From the NCBI RefSeq assembly GCF_006345805.1, contig NC_043005.1, forward strand, positions 13,206,001 through 13,270,000: DNA of 64,000 nucleotides, given 5' to 3'. A model generated the notes under the pieces. It was not told where the DNA came from. It did not search any database and saw only the letters and a list, made by a program, of their open reading frames with translations. Position 1 is the first letter of the stretch, and each line of letters begins with the position of its first letter. This document shows positions 23,286-35,720 of the stretch, piece by piece. Source of the DNA: Octopus sinensis (Eukaryota). A program made the position numbers and the translations under genes.

Positions 23286-23919
23286 GTGTGTATATATTTG
23301 TGTGTGTGTTTGTCTCCTCCAGCATCGCTTGACAACCAATGCTGGTATGTTTACGTCCCCATAACTTAGCGGTTCAGCAAAAGAGACTGATAGAATAAGT
23401 ACTAGGCTTACAAAGAATAAGTCATGGGGTCGATTTACTCGACTAAAAAGTGATGCTCCAGCATAGCCACAGTCACATGATTGAAACAAGCAAAAGAGTA
23501 AATGCAAAACAACCCCACACACTCACCTCCCGGGTTTCGCTCTCCCTTAGAGTATGTGCGGTTCTTTGTTTACTCATCAACGGAACACTACGTATTTTCT
23601 TATAATATATCTTAATTAATGTGTTATACAGTGCGGTACTGTACTCTATAAATATTTATTAATTTATTAATTTTTAGGCGTGAAAATGCATACTATACCA
23701 CAGAAATAATTAAAATCTAAAATTATATAAACACCTATCGGCCGCAGAAACCCGCGATATACTGAGGAGTCCGCGATATAAATTTACATATATTAAACAA
23801 AAAATCTGCGATGTACTAAGTGCGCGATAAGTGAACCACGATGTACTGAGTGCGCGATAGGTGAACCGCGATGTACTGAGTGCGCGATAGGTGAACCGCG
23901 ATATGGCGAGGGATCATTG
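22935..23919. mobile_element. Tigger/pogo-type MITE with nested SINE A (23071-23501) and 30-bp subterminal tandem repeats
   Basis: TA|CAGTAATCTCTCG...CGAGGGATCATTG|TA; GCGATAGGTGAACCGCGATGTACTGAGTGC three times at ~23808-23905. Confidence 0.8.
23071..23501 (+). mobile_element. SINE family A, full length
   Basis: Matches family A. Confidence 0.9.
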
Positions 23920-24346
23920 TACACGCTCAATTGCAATAGCAGATTGATGTGAACAGGTCATAGGAGTATAGAAAATAAAATACTTGACTCCACTCACAAA
24001 CCGATGTGAAGATACAAAGTGTGACTAAGAACCCGAAAAATACTCATCTAAAATATTCGTGGGAAACAATCAATAGGGCAACATGGAGAAAATGAGTTAA
24101 TGTGTTCAAGTATTTGAAGAGAATCGCATTAAGTACGAAATCTGAAACGAGATGCGAGGAGAGGAAATCCAGTAAATATTCGTAATCCTTTCAAATATTT
24201 AACATGTACTACCATGTATTTCACATGTATTTAACATGTAACTGAACTTGTCCTTCTAAGGCTGTATTTATAAGTCACTCATGGTTACATGAAACAACGA
24301 TTTAAGAATAGACCATCATCATTACATAAAATATAGGAGTCTATTG

Positions 24347-24495
24347 CTCACCAACCACATGGTTCCGGGTTCAGTCCCACTGCGTGGCATCTTGGGCAAG
24401 TGTCTTCTGCTATAGCCTCGGGTCGACCAAAGCCTTGTGAGTGGATTTGGTAGACGGAAACTGAAAGAAGCCCGCCGTATATATGTATATATATA

Positions 24496-24526
<31 letters not shown>

Positions 24527-24784
24527 CTGTGTGTGTGTCTGTGTGTGTCTGTGTGTGTGTGTGTGTGTGTTCGTGTGTCTGTGTTTGTTGCCCACCATCG
24601 CTTGACAACCGATGCTGGTGTGTTTACGTCCCCGTAACTTAGCGGTTCGGCAAATGAGAACGATAGAATAAGCACTAGGCTTACAAAGAATAAGTCCTGG
24701 GGTCGATTTGCTCGACTAAAAGGCGGTGCTCCAGCACGACCACAGTCAATTGACTGAAACAAGTAAAAGAGTAAAAGAGTAAAA
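24347..24784 (+). mobile_element. SINE family A, 5' truncated
   Basis: Matches family A; GTAAAAGA tail repeats. Confidence 0.9.
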
Positions 24785-24960
24785 GATATAACATAGCGTC
24801 TTTTTATTTGTGGTCTAAAGAGAATCATGTTTGAAGATAACACCAAGAGTCATGATTCTGGTTTGCATTTAACTGAGAAGAGACACCTGATAGCGCATGC
24901 GTTCCCTCAGACGCTTGCAGATAATACACAAGAGACATTCATTTCGTAATAGTACGATCC

Positions 24961-25348
24961 GGAGGCGCAATGGCCCAGTGGTTAGGGCAGCGGACTCGTG
25001 GTTGTAGGATCGCGGTTTCGATTCCCAGACCGGGGTTTGTGAGTGTTTATTGAGCGAAAACACCTAAAGCTCCACGAGGCTCGGCAGGGGACGGTGGTGA
25101 TCCCTGCTGTACTCTTCACACAACTTTCTCTCACTCTTACTTCCTGTTTCTGTTGTACCTGTATTTCAAAGGGCCGGCCTTGTCACTCTCTGTGTCACGC
25201 TGAATATCCCCGAGAACTACGTTAAGGGTACACGTGTCTGTGGAGTGCTCAGCCACTTACACGTTAATTTTACGAGCAGGCTGTTCCGTTGATTCGGATC
25301 AACCGGAACCCTCGTCGTTGTAACCGACGGAGTGCTTCCATCCATCCA
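24961..25348 (+). mobile_element. tRNA-derived SINE family C, full length
   Basis: Box A TGGCCCAGTGG, box B GGTTTCGATTCC, TCG in the anticodon position, (TCCA) tail, flanking AATAGTACG repeat. Confidence 0.92.
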
Positions 25349-25599
25349 ATAGTACGTTGCAGGATCAAAAATTTGAATATTGAAATTTAAGTATTTTAAG
25401 GAAAAAGTTCATAGAATTCACAAATCTAATTTTTTTTTTGTTTACTTAAGACAAATTTTCTAGTCATTAGTTTTCATATACAGCATTTTCACTCTTTTTA
25501 GAAATCTTTAGCATGGCATAACCTGCAACTAATTAATTAAATATTTTATGACGTGAGATATTTTATTAAAGATGAAAATAATTACAGTCGGAGGAAATT

Positions 25600-26016
25600 C
25601 TCTTTTATTCTTTACTCTTTTACTCTTTTACTTGTTTCAGTCATTTGACTGCGGCCATGCTGGAGCATCGCATTTAGTCGAGGAAATCGACCCCCAGGAC
25701 TTATTCTTTGTAAGCCTAGTACTTATTCTATAGGTCTATTTTGCCGAACCGCTAAGTTACGGGGACGTAAACACACCAGCATCGGTTGTCAAGCGATGCT
25801 AGGGGGACAAACACAGACACACAAACACACATATATATATATACATATATACGACGGGCTTCTTTCAGTTTCCGTCTACCAAATCCACTCACAAGGCTTT
25901 GGTCGGCTCGAGGCTATAGTAGAAGACACTTGCCCAAGGTGCCACGCAATGGGACTGAACCCGGAACTATGTGGTTTGTAAGCAAGCTACTTACCACACA
26001 GCCACTCCGGCGCCTA
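25600..26016 (-). mobile_element. SINE family A, full length
   Basis: Matches family A. Confidence 0.92.
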
Positions 26017-26750
26017 ATTCATGGAATGTTTTTTTTTTCTTGTCTATCTCTATTGAGATTAGGAATTCGGAGAATAAAGAGAAAGCTCTCAATGTTTACA
26101 TACAGGATAATAACAGTTTCCAGGGAATTCTACCATGTTAAAATATCTTATTGTGATGTCAATAATTTTTAATTGTAGCAACAAACAACTTGACGAGCCG
26201 TTTTCAGATATATTCTTTGAGGAAAAAACAGACGTTCGTTTCGAGCTGTTATTTTTCTAGTGATATTCCGTCGTGGTAAAATCTGAGAAATGATCGCTAA
26301 GCAGGTATCTTCCCTTGACAGCACATTAACAAGTAAGAACCACCAACGTTGCTGTTCAACTTCTATCACGTGTCTTATACATATGTATTCGTGTGTGTAT
26401 GCATATATATGTATATGTGTATGCACGTGTGTGAGGTGTATTATATGAATATACATACTTGTGTGTGTATGTTTATAAAAACTGTAATCATTAAGTGGAT
26501 ATGATGGATATGTCGGAAATCATTTATTGTGGGTCAAGCTAAGAGAAATAAGTGTTTCATGAGAAGTAGGTTAGACATTAAAAGAAAAACACATTTCTCC
26601 TGTATCTTCCTTCAAAACCAAGAAGTTATTTCTCTGTTGTAAACGTAGGTTCGTTATGACATGCATTCCAGTTGTACACACCGAATATTTTAGAATGACA
26701 ACATCATGATATAAAAGTGCGTGCACATGCACACACACACATATACATAC

Positions 26751-26973
26751 TAGCTGGCAGAAACGTTAGCACGCCGGGCGAAATGCGTAGCCGTATTTCG
26801 TCTGCCGTTACGTTCTGAGTTCAAATTCCGCCGAGGTCTATTTTGCCTTTCATCCTTTCGGGGTCAATTAAATAAGTACCAGTTACGCACTGGGGTCGAT
26901 ATAATCGACTTAATCCCTTTGTCTGTCCTTGTTTGTCCCCTCTATGTTTAGCCCCTTGTGGGTAGTAAAGAAA
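26751..26973 (+). mobile_element. SINE family B monomer
   Basis: Matches family B. Confidence 0.9.
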
Positions 26974-27002
26974 TATATATATATATACATACATACATAA
27001 GT

Positions 27003-27305
27003 AGAGGCACATGGCCTAGTGGTTAGAGCAGCGGAGTCGCGGTCGAGGGATCGCGGGTTCGAATCTCAGACCGGACGATGCGTGTGTTTATGAGCGAAAC
27101 ACCTAAGCTCCACGCGGCTCCGGCAGAAGGTAATGGCGAAACTTCTGCCGACTCTTCCGCCACAACTTTCTCTCATTCTTTCCTCCTGCATCTTGCAGCT
27201 CACCTGCGACGGACCGGCGTCCCGTCCAGGTGGGGAACCTATAAGTTAAGAAACTGGGAAACCGGCCATTATAAGCCAGGCATGGCTTGAGAAGGAACAA
27301 ACAAC
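27003..27305 (+). mobile_element. SINE family C variant (alternative 3' body, AAC tail)
   Basis: tRNA head plus a body shared with 41010-41240 and 46330-46590. Confidence 0.85.
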
Positions 27306-27343
27306 ATACATACATCCAAACATACATACATAAAAAATAAATG

Positions 27344-27590
27344 CGCCCTTTTAAAGTCTAGCCAGGCTTATGGGCTCGGTTTCCCGGTTTCTATGGCGTA
27401 TGTGTTCCCCAGCTGGACGGGACGCTAGTCCATCGCAGCGTCACTCATTTTTTGCCAGCTGAGTGGACTGGAGCAACGTGAAATGAAGTGTTTTGCTCAA
27501 GAACACAACGCATCGCCCGGTCCAGGAATCGAAACCACAATTTACGATCATGATGGTGACACCCTAACCATTAAGCCACACATCCCCACA
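27344..27590 (-). mobile_element. SINE family C-related copy
   Basis: Minus-strand tRNA head and TTCTTGAGCAAAACACTTCATTTCACG domain. Confidence 0.8.
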
Positions 27591-27799
27591 CATATATACA
27601 TATATTCAATTACGAATTAAAAGCAGCACCAGTGTTGTAAACATTAACGATCTCACATACTCAATGTATATGTTTTGCTTGTTCACCGATTCGCTGCGGC
27701 TAGCGCTTTGGGGACGACTCTCTTATACCATTAGTTATTAAAACATCTGCAAGTCACAGACAGGAGAAACAACTCGCCACCAGTTCCATCCATATATAT

Positions 27800-27833
<34 letters not shown>

Positions 27834-27988
27834 ATATTATATATATAATATATATATATATATATTTTTATCTATATATATATATATATAACGGGAAGCT
27901 TTATGAAAATAAACAAAAGACGATGGCAGGTGGAATACAAACAAACAATTGTATTAGTATGGCGCTCAGGAATATAAATAAAACAAGT

Positions 27989-28024
27989 CTTTTACGTTTC
28001 GAGCCTACGCTCTTCAACAGAAAG
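27989..28024 (-). ncRNA. Minimal hammerhead variant in a Penelope-like fragment (~27890-28085)
   Basis: CTTT-CTGTTGA-aGAGC(GTAG)GCTC-GAAA-CGTA-AAAG; core has T in place of A6. Confidence 0.6.
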
Positions 28025-28484
28025 ATACACAGAAAAGAAACACGGAGAGAAACAAGGAGAGAAAAAAATGCGTGCAGAAGCTAGCGAATCAACAGGATAT
28101 ATAGATATGTGTGTGTGTGTGTATTTATATATACAGGGTGCGTGAGATATTTGAGGATATCGCTTTTTTTAGTCATTGTTGCTTTTTTGCTAACTCTGTA
28201 TAATCTTTGTTTCAGAAAATAATGGCAGACCCTTAGCTTACTCAAGAAATGGAGAGGCATGCTCTTATTGTGGTTATAAAGGCTGAACATAGCGATTTAG
28301 AAATATCTCGATCTTTCGTCTACAGAGTTGTGAATCCAACCAACTAAGGGATAATATCTATCCAATATACTGCTGGTAGAATACCCAATTATTAATACAC
28401 AAGAGTATTTTCGTTGCATGGCAATTACATTACCGAGTATAATAAATGGGTGAGAGTAAAGAGTTATTTTACCATTAATTTATA

Positions 28485-28763
28485 GAGCAATAAGAAAATG
28501 GAGGGGATCAATAGGTGGTATTAATCAACTGTTAGACATTATATTATGTCAATTTATTTATATAATGCTATATTTTATATATTTTAATAATTACTGATAT
28601 TTTTATATTTTTATATATATTATACATGTAAAGCATAATAGTTTATACATGTATGTATATTGTTGTTATAATTGTCCTTTTAGTAAATAAATAAATTGAC
28701 ATAATATAATGTCTAAAAGCTGATGAATAACACCTATTGATCCCCTCCAGTTTCTTATCGCTC
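28485..28763. repeat. ~78-bp inverted repeat around an AT-rich spacer
   Basis: 28485-28563 is the reverse complement of 28686-28763. Confidence 0.85.
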
Positions 28764-28771
28764 CCTCTCTG

Positions 28772-28868
<97 letters not shown>

Positions 28869-29106
28869 GTGTGTGTATGTATATTTATTACGCGAAAATA
28901 TATATGTATATTATCAGGCTATAGAGAACACATTCTTCGTGGTAAGACAATATGGCGTCTTCTTCTAGCATATTAGGAATCCACGTTGGTGGTTATTCTT
29001 CTCATATATGTAATATAATTCATAATCTTCGGATTTATTTTAAATATACGAGGCCATTAGCTTATATTGACATTAATTAATATTTATTTCTACCCTCATT
29101 ATTTAA

Positions 29107-29143
<37 letters not shown>

Positions 29144-29200
29144 GTATGTCGATATATATATGGACATACGTATATATATATATATATATATATATGTGTA

Positions 29201-29246
<46 letters not shown>

Positions 29247-29247
29247 G

Positions 29248-29281
<34 letters not shown>

Positions 29282-29969
29282 ATGTATGTATATATTTGTA
29301 TGCATACACATACATACATGCATTCATACATACACACCCACACACGCACACACACACGCACACACACGCACACACACACACACACACACCACACACACAC
29401 ACACACACATGTATACATGAAGACACGCGGTGTAGCTTAAAACAAAAGGTCGGTGGAAAACAAAGTTGTTTCAAGTATATTAAATTAAATAACACAAAAA
29501 ATATGAAAGTTTATCTTCTGGGACAATCTCATCTTTCGTGTTTCTAGTGCTCGCAGGCGGAAAATAACCGGTGCAATGCTGTCATCATCGGAACGTAAAA
29601 CAAAGAAGCCTAAACAAAAGATTCGGTTTACGTACAAACCAATTGTGAAGAGAAAGGAACACCAGAAAGTGATAGGCGTGACTGGAAATAACGCGTATTC
29701 TTCAATTCTGTTATTTTCCTTACTTGCTTTTAGCTTGTAAACAATTATACAGATGACGGTAAAAAGGTACGGTGCTGGTTGTAGGATATACACACATACA
29801 TACATACATACATACGTACATACATACATACATACATACATACATACACACACATGCATACATACATACATACATACATACATACATACATAAATTCATA
29901 CATACATACATATTTTATGTGTGTGTATATATATATATGTATCTATATATGTGTATATATGATATTTTG

Positions 29970-30024
<55 letters not shown>

Positions 30025-30240
30025 CGTGCGGTGGACGCACGCAACTATTGAGTGGTACCCGCGTGAGCGGAAAAGACCACCCGGAAGACCTCCACGACGG
30101 TGGAGTGACGATTTCAAGAGGACGATTAGGATCACGTGGATGAGAAAGGCGCGATCCAGAGAGGAGTGGACAGCGTGCTGTGACCAGCGGTGTCAAATGG
30201 ACGCCTGACGGACTGGTCGGTCAAAGTGATCAAAGTGATA
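30025..30240 (+). mobile_element. 5'-truncated RTE LINE 3' end in (TA)n
   Basis: RWTHATIEWYPRERKRPPGRPPRRWSDD is a typical RTE ORF C-terminus; tail CAAAGTGAT twice. Confidence 0.9.
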
Positions 30241-30294
30241 TATATATACGTCAATAAATGGAGTTAAACGCAGGTGTTATTCAAATTCTTTTAC

Positions 30295-30379
30295 TTCCGA
30301 TACAGGTTTCGAAGATATCACTGGTAATATTCCAAAGCAATAAAATGGTGTAAAACAATGTAACCTTCTCTTCAGGGAA
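30295..30379 (-). ncRNA. Hammerhead-like motif (degenerate)
   Basis: TTCC-CTGAAGA-GAAG...CTTC-GAAA-CCTGTATC-GGAA. Confidence 0.5.
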
Positions 30380-30445
30380 ATGAAGAAATGAAATTCGTCA
30401 ATAAGAAATTTTAACAAAGGAAAAATACACACACACACATATATG

Positions 30446-30525
<80 letters not shown>

Positions 30526-30967
30526 TGCACACATGCACACTTTTATTAAAGCTTCAAAATTATCACCGGACAGCTTGAGCTTTAATAAAGGTATATCGCT
30601 CTACCTTCGGTATTCGAGTACTATTCTTACCACCTTGTTTTGCATCTATGTGCTCATCTTTGTGTGTTTGCACGCACATGTGTCTGTGTATGTGTAGTTG
30701 TGTGTGTGTGTATGTATATATGAGAGGGAAAGAGTGAGAGAGATGGAGCGCGCGCGAGAGAAAGAGAGAGTGAGAGAGTGAGATTCATGATAATAGAATG
30801 AACTATTTCAGAAACACGAGTATTTTTCACGCGCTAAGCATCATAACAAACGATTTTGCTTGCAAAATAATGTTTAATACTTCCAAAATGAGTTCTAAAG
30901 ACGAAATTAACTTTAAATTATAATTTCAAATCAGCTACATCGCCCATAATTCTATAATTATTTGTTA

Positions 30968-31332
30968 CTAGCAGTATCGCCCGGCGTTACTCGGGTTTGT
31001 AAGGGAAATAACTATATAAGCATTTTTAGAGATGTAAAATATAATAGCCATCTCAATATGGCTAACCACAAAGGGGGGGGGGGTGTTACTGTAGCTTTTT
31101 ACGTTCTGAGATTTAATAATAAATTTTTAGAGAGTTACTTCCCTTATATATGCCAAAAATGCATTAAAAATGGGGAAAATTGATGGTAATTTTTTTTTAA
31201 ATCGTAGACTCATCGGAGACGCACGCAGAAGGTATGAATCACGACTATAAGATATCCGCAAAATGTGGGAGGAGTTAGGAATCTAAATCGTAGGAGACAG
31301 ACAGCTCACAACCTCACTTTTATATATAAAGA
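30968..31332 (-). mobile_element. Non-autonomous Helitron family 1
   Basis: Reverse-complement TC...CTAG copy with small deletions. Confidence 0.9.
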
Positions 31333-31395
31333 TTATAACAAATCTCTCTCTCTCTCTCTCGGTCTGTTTCTCTCCCTTCCGCATACAGACACACA

Positions 31396-31457
<62 letters not shown>

Positions 31458-31483
31458 CATACATACATATATATATGTATATA

Positions 31484-31698
31484 GGTGCAAAGGTGGCTGT
31501 GTGGAGGCGCAGGCGTGGCTGTGTGGAGGCGCAGGCGTGGCTGTGTGGCAAGAAGCTTGCTTCCCAGCCATTTGGTTCCAGCTTCAGTCCCACTGCGTGG
31601 TACCTTAGACAAGTGCCCCTTCAACTATTGCCTCGGGCCGACCCCAAAGCCTTGTGAATGGATTTGGTAGACGGAAACTGAAAGAAAAGGCCGTCGTC

Positions 31699-31700
<2 letters not shown>
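31484..31700 (+). mobile_element. SINE family A 5' half with triplicated 5' end
   Basis: GGCGCAGGCGTGGCTGTGTGG-like unit three times before the body. Confidence 0.85.
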
Positions 31701-31748
<48 letters not shown>

Positions 31749-31928
31749 TCTGTCCTACGTGTACGTTTTGTAGTATTTAATGCATATTTCAGTTATGGAA
31801 TAACTGAAAGCCACGCGTCCCAAATTCTAACAGCAATTTTACATATATATATATATGTGTCTGTGTGTGTGTGTGTGTGATGTGTGTGTATGTGTGCGAT
31901 GTGTGTGTGTGTGTGTGAGATAATATAA

Positions 31929-32130
31929 GGCGGCAAGCTAGCAGAATCGTTAGCACGTCTGGCGAATTGCGAAGCCGTATTTCGTCTGCCGTTACATTCT
32001 GAGTTCAAATTCCGCCGATGTCGACTTTGCCTTTCATCCTTTGTTTCAGCTGCGTACTACGATCGATATAATCAATTGGCACGCTCCCACAAAATTTCGG
32101 ACCTTGTACCTAGAGTAGAGAAGAATATAA
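31929..32130 (+). mobile_element. SINE family B (diverged)
   Basis: Matches family B head and central domain. Confidence 0.8.
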
Positions 32131-32956
32131 TTTATGTATATATAGTAAAGCATGCAACCCGTACATCCACAGACATATGCTTATATTTTACCTTGCAGAA
32201 ACGTATCAAAATTTTCAAAAGACTCCTTTATCAAACGTGTGCAGCCTCTGATAAATCTTCTATTTAATGAACGTCGGCAGAAAAGTTGCAAATAATAGGG
32301 TTTTGTGTCGTATGTGCGTGTGACAGGAATCACTACTGTGGAAGAATATGCGAAATAAGAATTCAGAGATGAGCAAAATCAGAGGTGAACTCAACATCTT
32401 AATTTGGTTCTACAGGTGAAGGCGCACCACTTATGACAGAATGCGATTGAAAAGGCGATTGTTTACTCTCGATAGGCGGTAGTTCGTGATAGTTTTCGGC
32501 GGCAGAAATAATGTATCTGTTTGATTCCGATAACGAATGAGAATCCGACCTGTTAATTAGCTAGTTAATTACTGCTTTCTCTTTAACTTCCCTCATATAG
32601 GGTTTTCGCAGTTGCATTGGTTGACTTCTGTGTTGTTCAGCTCTGATTGATTGAACACGCGTATTACGTCTCAAGGAGAGCAAGAGACGGATTTTTGTTC
32701 ACTTTTCCATGAAGACCCTACATATAATAAATGGTCGAGGGTGTTTTCTTCGAAATTCTCTACAAAAGAACAGTCAAGTGCCCTCTAATTCAGACGTCGT
32801 AGAACTATAACTAGATATGCAGTTGTGTCAGGGGAGAGTCATTTTCTTTTTGTGCCTTATAAGGTAACACAATCACCGGTAAAATTTCCACTTATTTCTT
32901 ATTTTTATTTTCCTAAAATTTTCGTTGCGTCTTGCAACCTTTTCAACAGTCTTGAG

Positions 32957-33461
32957 GGATCTTTTCTAAAAGATGGCCAGAATTTTCTACTTAACTAAAT
33001 AATTTGAAACTTCGTATACTGGTAGAATGTGTCAAAAGAAAACATTAATTTCAATTAGTTTTTTTTAGAAAAATGTATTTTGTAACTTTTACGTAGATAC
33101 AACACACACACACACATACACACATACACAACAATAACACACACACACACACAAAAACACACACACACATACACAACAATAACACACACACACACACACA
33201 CAACAAACACACACACACATACACAACAATAACACACACACACGTGATAAGGACGAATAACACGGCAGATGAATTGAGCTCAAAACAGAGAATACGATTG
33301 GTTAAAATTCGAAGAATTAAACTACGTAAAAGTTACAAAATACATTTTTCTAAAAAACACTAATTGAAATTAATGTTTTCTTTTGACACATTCTACCAGT
33401 ATACGAAGTTTCAAATTATTTAGTTAAGTAGAAAATTCTGTCCATCTTTTAGAAAAGATCC
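32957..33461. mobile_element. Merlin-like MITE with ~140-bp TIRs, nested in another inverted-repeat element (~32822-33521)
   Basis: GGATCTTTTC...GAAAAGATCC termini; exact 8-bp TSD GTCTTGAG; shares CTTCGTATACTGGTAGAATGTGT with 9801-10232. Confidence 0.9.
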
Positions 33462-33776
33462 GTCTTGAGAGTCAAGTTACATTATAAGGCACAAAAAGAA
33501 AATGACTTGCCCCAGACACAACAGAATATACTTCAACACACGAACTCATATAAAGAATCTTGCAAACCAAATCCAAAAATGAAATAGATATGCAGTATAT
33601 TCTCTTTTTTTCTTTTCATAAAAAAAACCCCAGATCGGTTTGTAAGAAATTTCACAGATTTTTCTGGCATGCCAAGCGACCCTTATAAAAGACTCATTTC
33701 TGGTCCGAGTTTCAATGGTAGAATGAGTCGGTGCCGTAGCGTTGTCTCCGTTTAACGATGGTTGCAACAATATACT

Positions 33777-34036
33777 CTAGCTGTAAAGGGGATTCAGGGA
33801 GAGGCTTCTAATTCGCCCTTTCCCTTCATCATCAACAAAAGATGCACGTTGCCTGCCGCTTTTGTTAACCGTGGTGATGATACGCCTACGGGTTTGTGTA
33901 ACACATTTGCAGTCGCAAGGAGAGCAAGGGAAGAGTTCGTGGGGGTAATATTTGAAAAGCGATCTTAAATGTCATCAGTAACAGTTCATGTTGATATTCT
34001 CGAGTTTGACATCTGATGGATTCCAAAACGTTAGTT
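33777..34036 (-). other. Candidate exon with tandem in-frame TGA codons and SECIS-like hairpin
   Basis: Pyrimidine tract plus TTTAG acceptor; frame reads LTFWNPSDVKLENINMNCY**HLRSLFKYYPHELFPCSPCDCKC...; ATGA-N12-AA-N16-GA hairpin at 33793-33829. Confidence 0.25.
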
Positions 34037-34196
34037 CTAAACCAAACACAGAGGACAATTGGAGACAAAAAAAAAAAAAAGTTACTGGAAAAAGATCAAA
34101 CTTGAACCTAGTCGTGTTTTTAACATGACAGGTATGAAAGCAAAGCTGTTCTCTATTTACACATTCACATTTAATTTTGTGAATGTGTATGTGTGC

Positions 34197-34294
<98 letters not shown>

Positions 34295-34498
34295 TATATA
34301 TATATATATATAATAAGTAGAAAAATGAAATATCTTTTTATGGATAATTCATTTAACCGATACCTGGTAGCAAATTCACATCAGAAATAACACGGTTGAA
34401 GTTACGTGCCTAGGGCAGAGACTACGTGTTTTCGTGTGGAAATTGTGTGTATTTTTATAAAATTTTATAAAATTTATAAAATTTATTCATAAATTTAT

Positions 34499-34630
<132 letters not shown>

Positions 34631-35239
34631 TATAATGTATGTATGTACATAACGGGATGAATTTGTTCATATACGCACATACACATTTGCCTATACACAA
34701 CTATATACGCTGTGTTCAACCGCATGATTTAATTTTATTTGATGAAACCATATTAAATTGTAAGTTGGATTAAATAAAACATCAATCTTTGAAGGTTTCA
34801 CTATTTTTACCTCTTCTTTACTTTATTTCCTACGAACTTAATTACTTCAAAATCTCATATTCTCTCTATTTAAGTTACATGCACGCACACACACACCCAC
34901 ATAGACACGCTTCCCCAGACGTTGTGTGTGTACTTGTGTGAATGCACGGATTTAGGTAATATTGCTCTTTCCAGAGCAATACAGCTTTGCTTTTAGAAGC
35001 AATTCTGCTGTTTTTAGTGACTCTGACATAGTTAACTAAAGCAATATGAATGAAGTAAAACCTCAACATATATCTAACATTGGCGTAACTTTCGGCACTG
35101 CAGTCGTCATTGTGGCAATAAGATTAAATCCAATTCAGCAGTGACCCCCAAACAGATGTTCCGTTAGTGTCCCGAAAGAGTGCAGACATCGACAATCTTC
35201 TCTTCTTGCTAATCTCTGGAGGGAGTCACTGGATACGGC

Positions 35240-35720
35240 TGTTATACCTGAATGTTTTCCGTTCCAGTTTGTCATCCTAGTTTTTCTTTATAAACGAGAA
35301 ACAAGTCGCTTATAATAAATTTCTGTCCGTTCTCGCTAACCTCTCATGTTAATCAAGTATTCAAGAGGATAGTGATATCAAAAATAAATTCTGCCACGGA
35401 GAAAAGATCTAGATCGGAACCAACATGGTCATCGTGGTGGTAGAGAATGCCTGACCTAGTTCCTGTACCATTCTGATAGTATTCTAAATGCTCTGAGAGA
35501 CGGCCCCTGTATAGATGTTATTTATCTCGACTTAAGTAAAACTTTCGCATGAGTCGATCTGAATACTCTGTAGAAAGAGGGGGTAAGAACTATCTAGCAT
35601 TGGAGTTCATGGAAAGTTACTTCGGCGGATTAAATATTTACTGACAAAGAGAACAATAGTCGGTGATTGAAGGAGTATACTCAAGACCAGTAAGTTATTG
35701 GTGGTGTCTCCCACGGTGCG
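35240..35720 (+). pseudogene. CR1-clade LINE reverse transcriptase remnant
   Basis: Broken motifs NFCPFSLTS (~NYRPISLTS), QHGHRGGR, DVIYLDLSKTF and VIGGVSHG (~SGVPQG). Confidence 0.8.

Noticed and set aside
24961-25035. tRNA gene calls at SINE heads (also 3300-3369, 38904, 62644 and others)
   Set aside because: Acceptor stems do not close and each head continues into a repeated SINE body with TSDs.
29548-29739. Lys/Arg-rich open frame after a TTTCTAG acceptor
   Set aside because: No recognisable homology; the opposite strand is equally open, so it cannot be supported.
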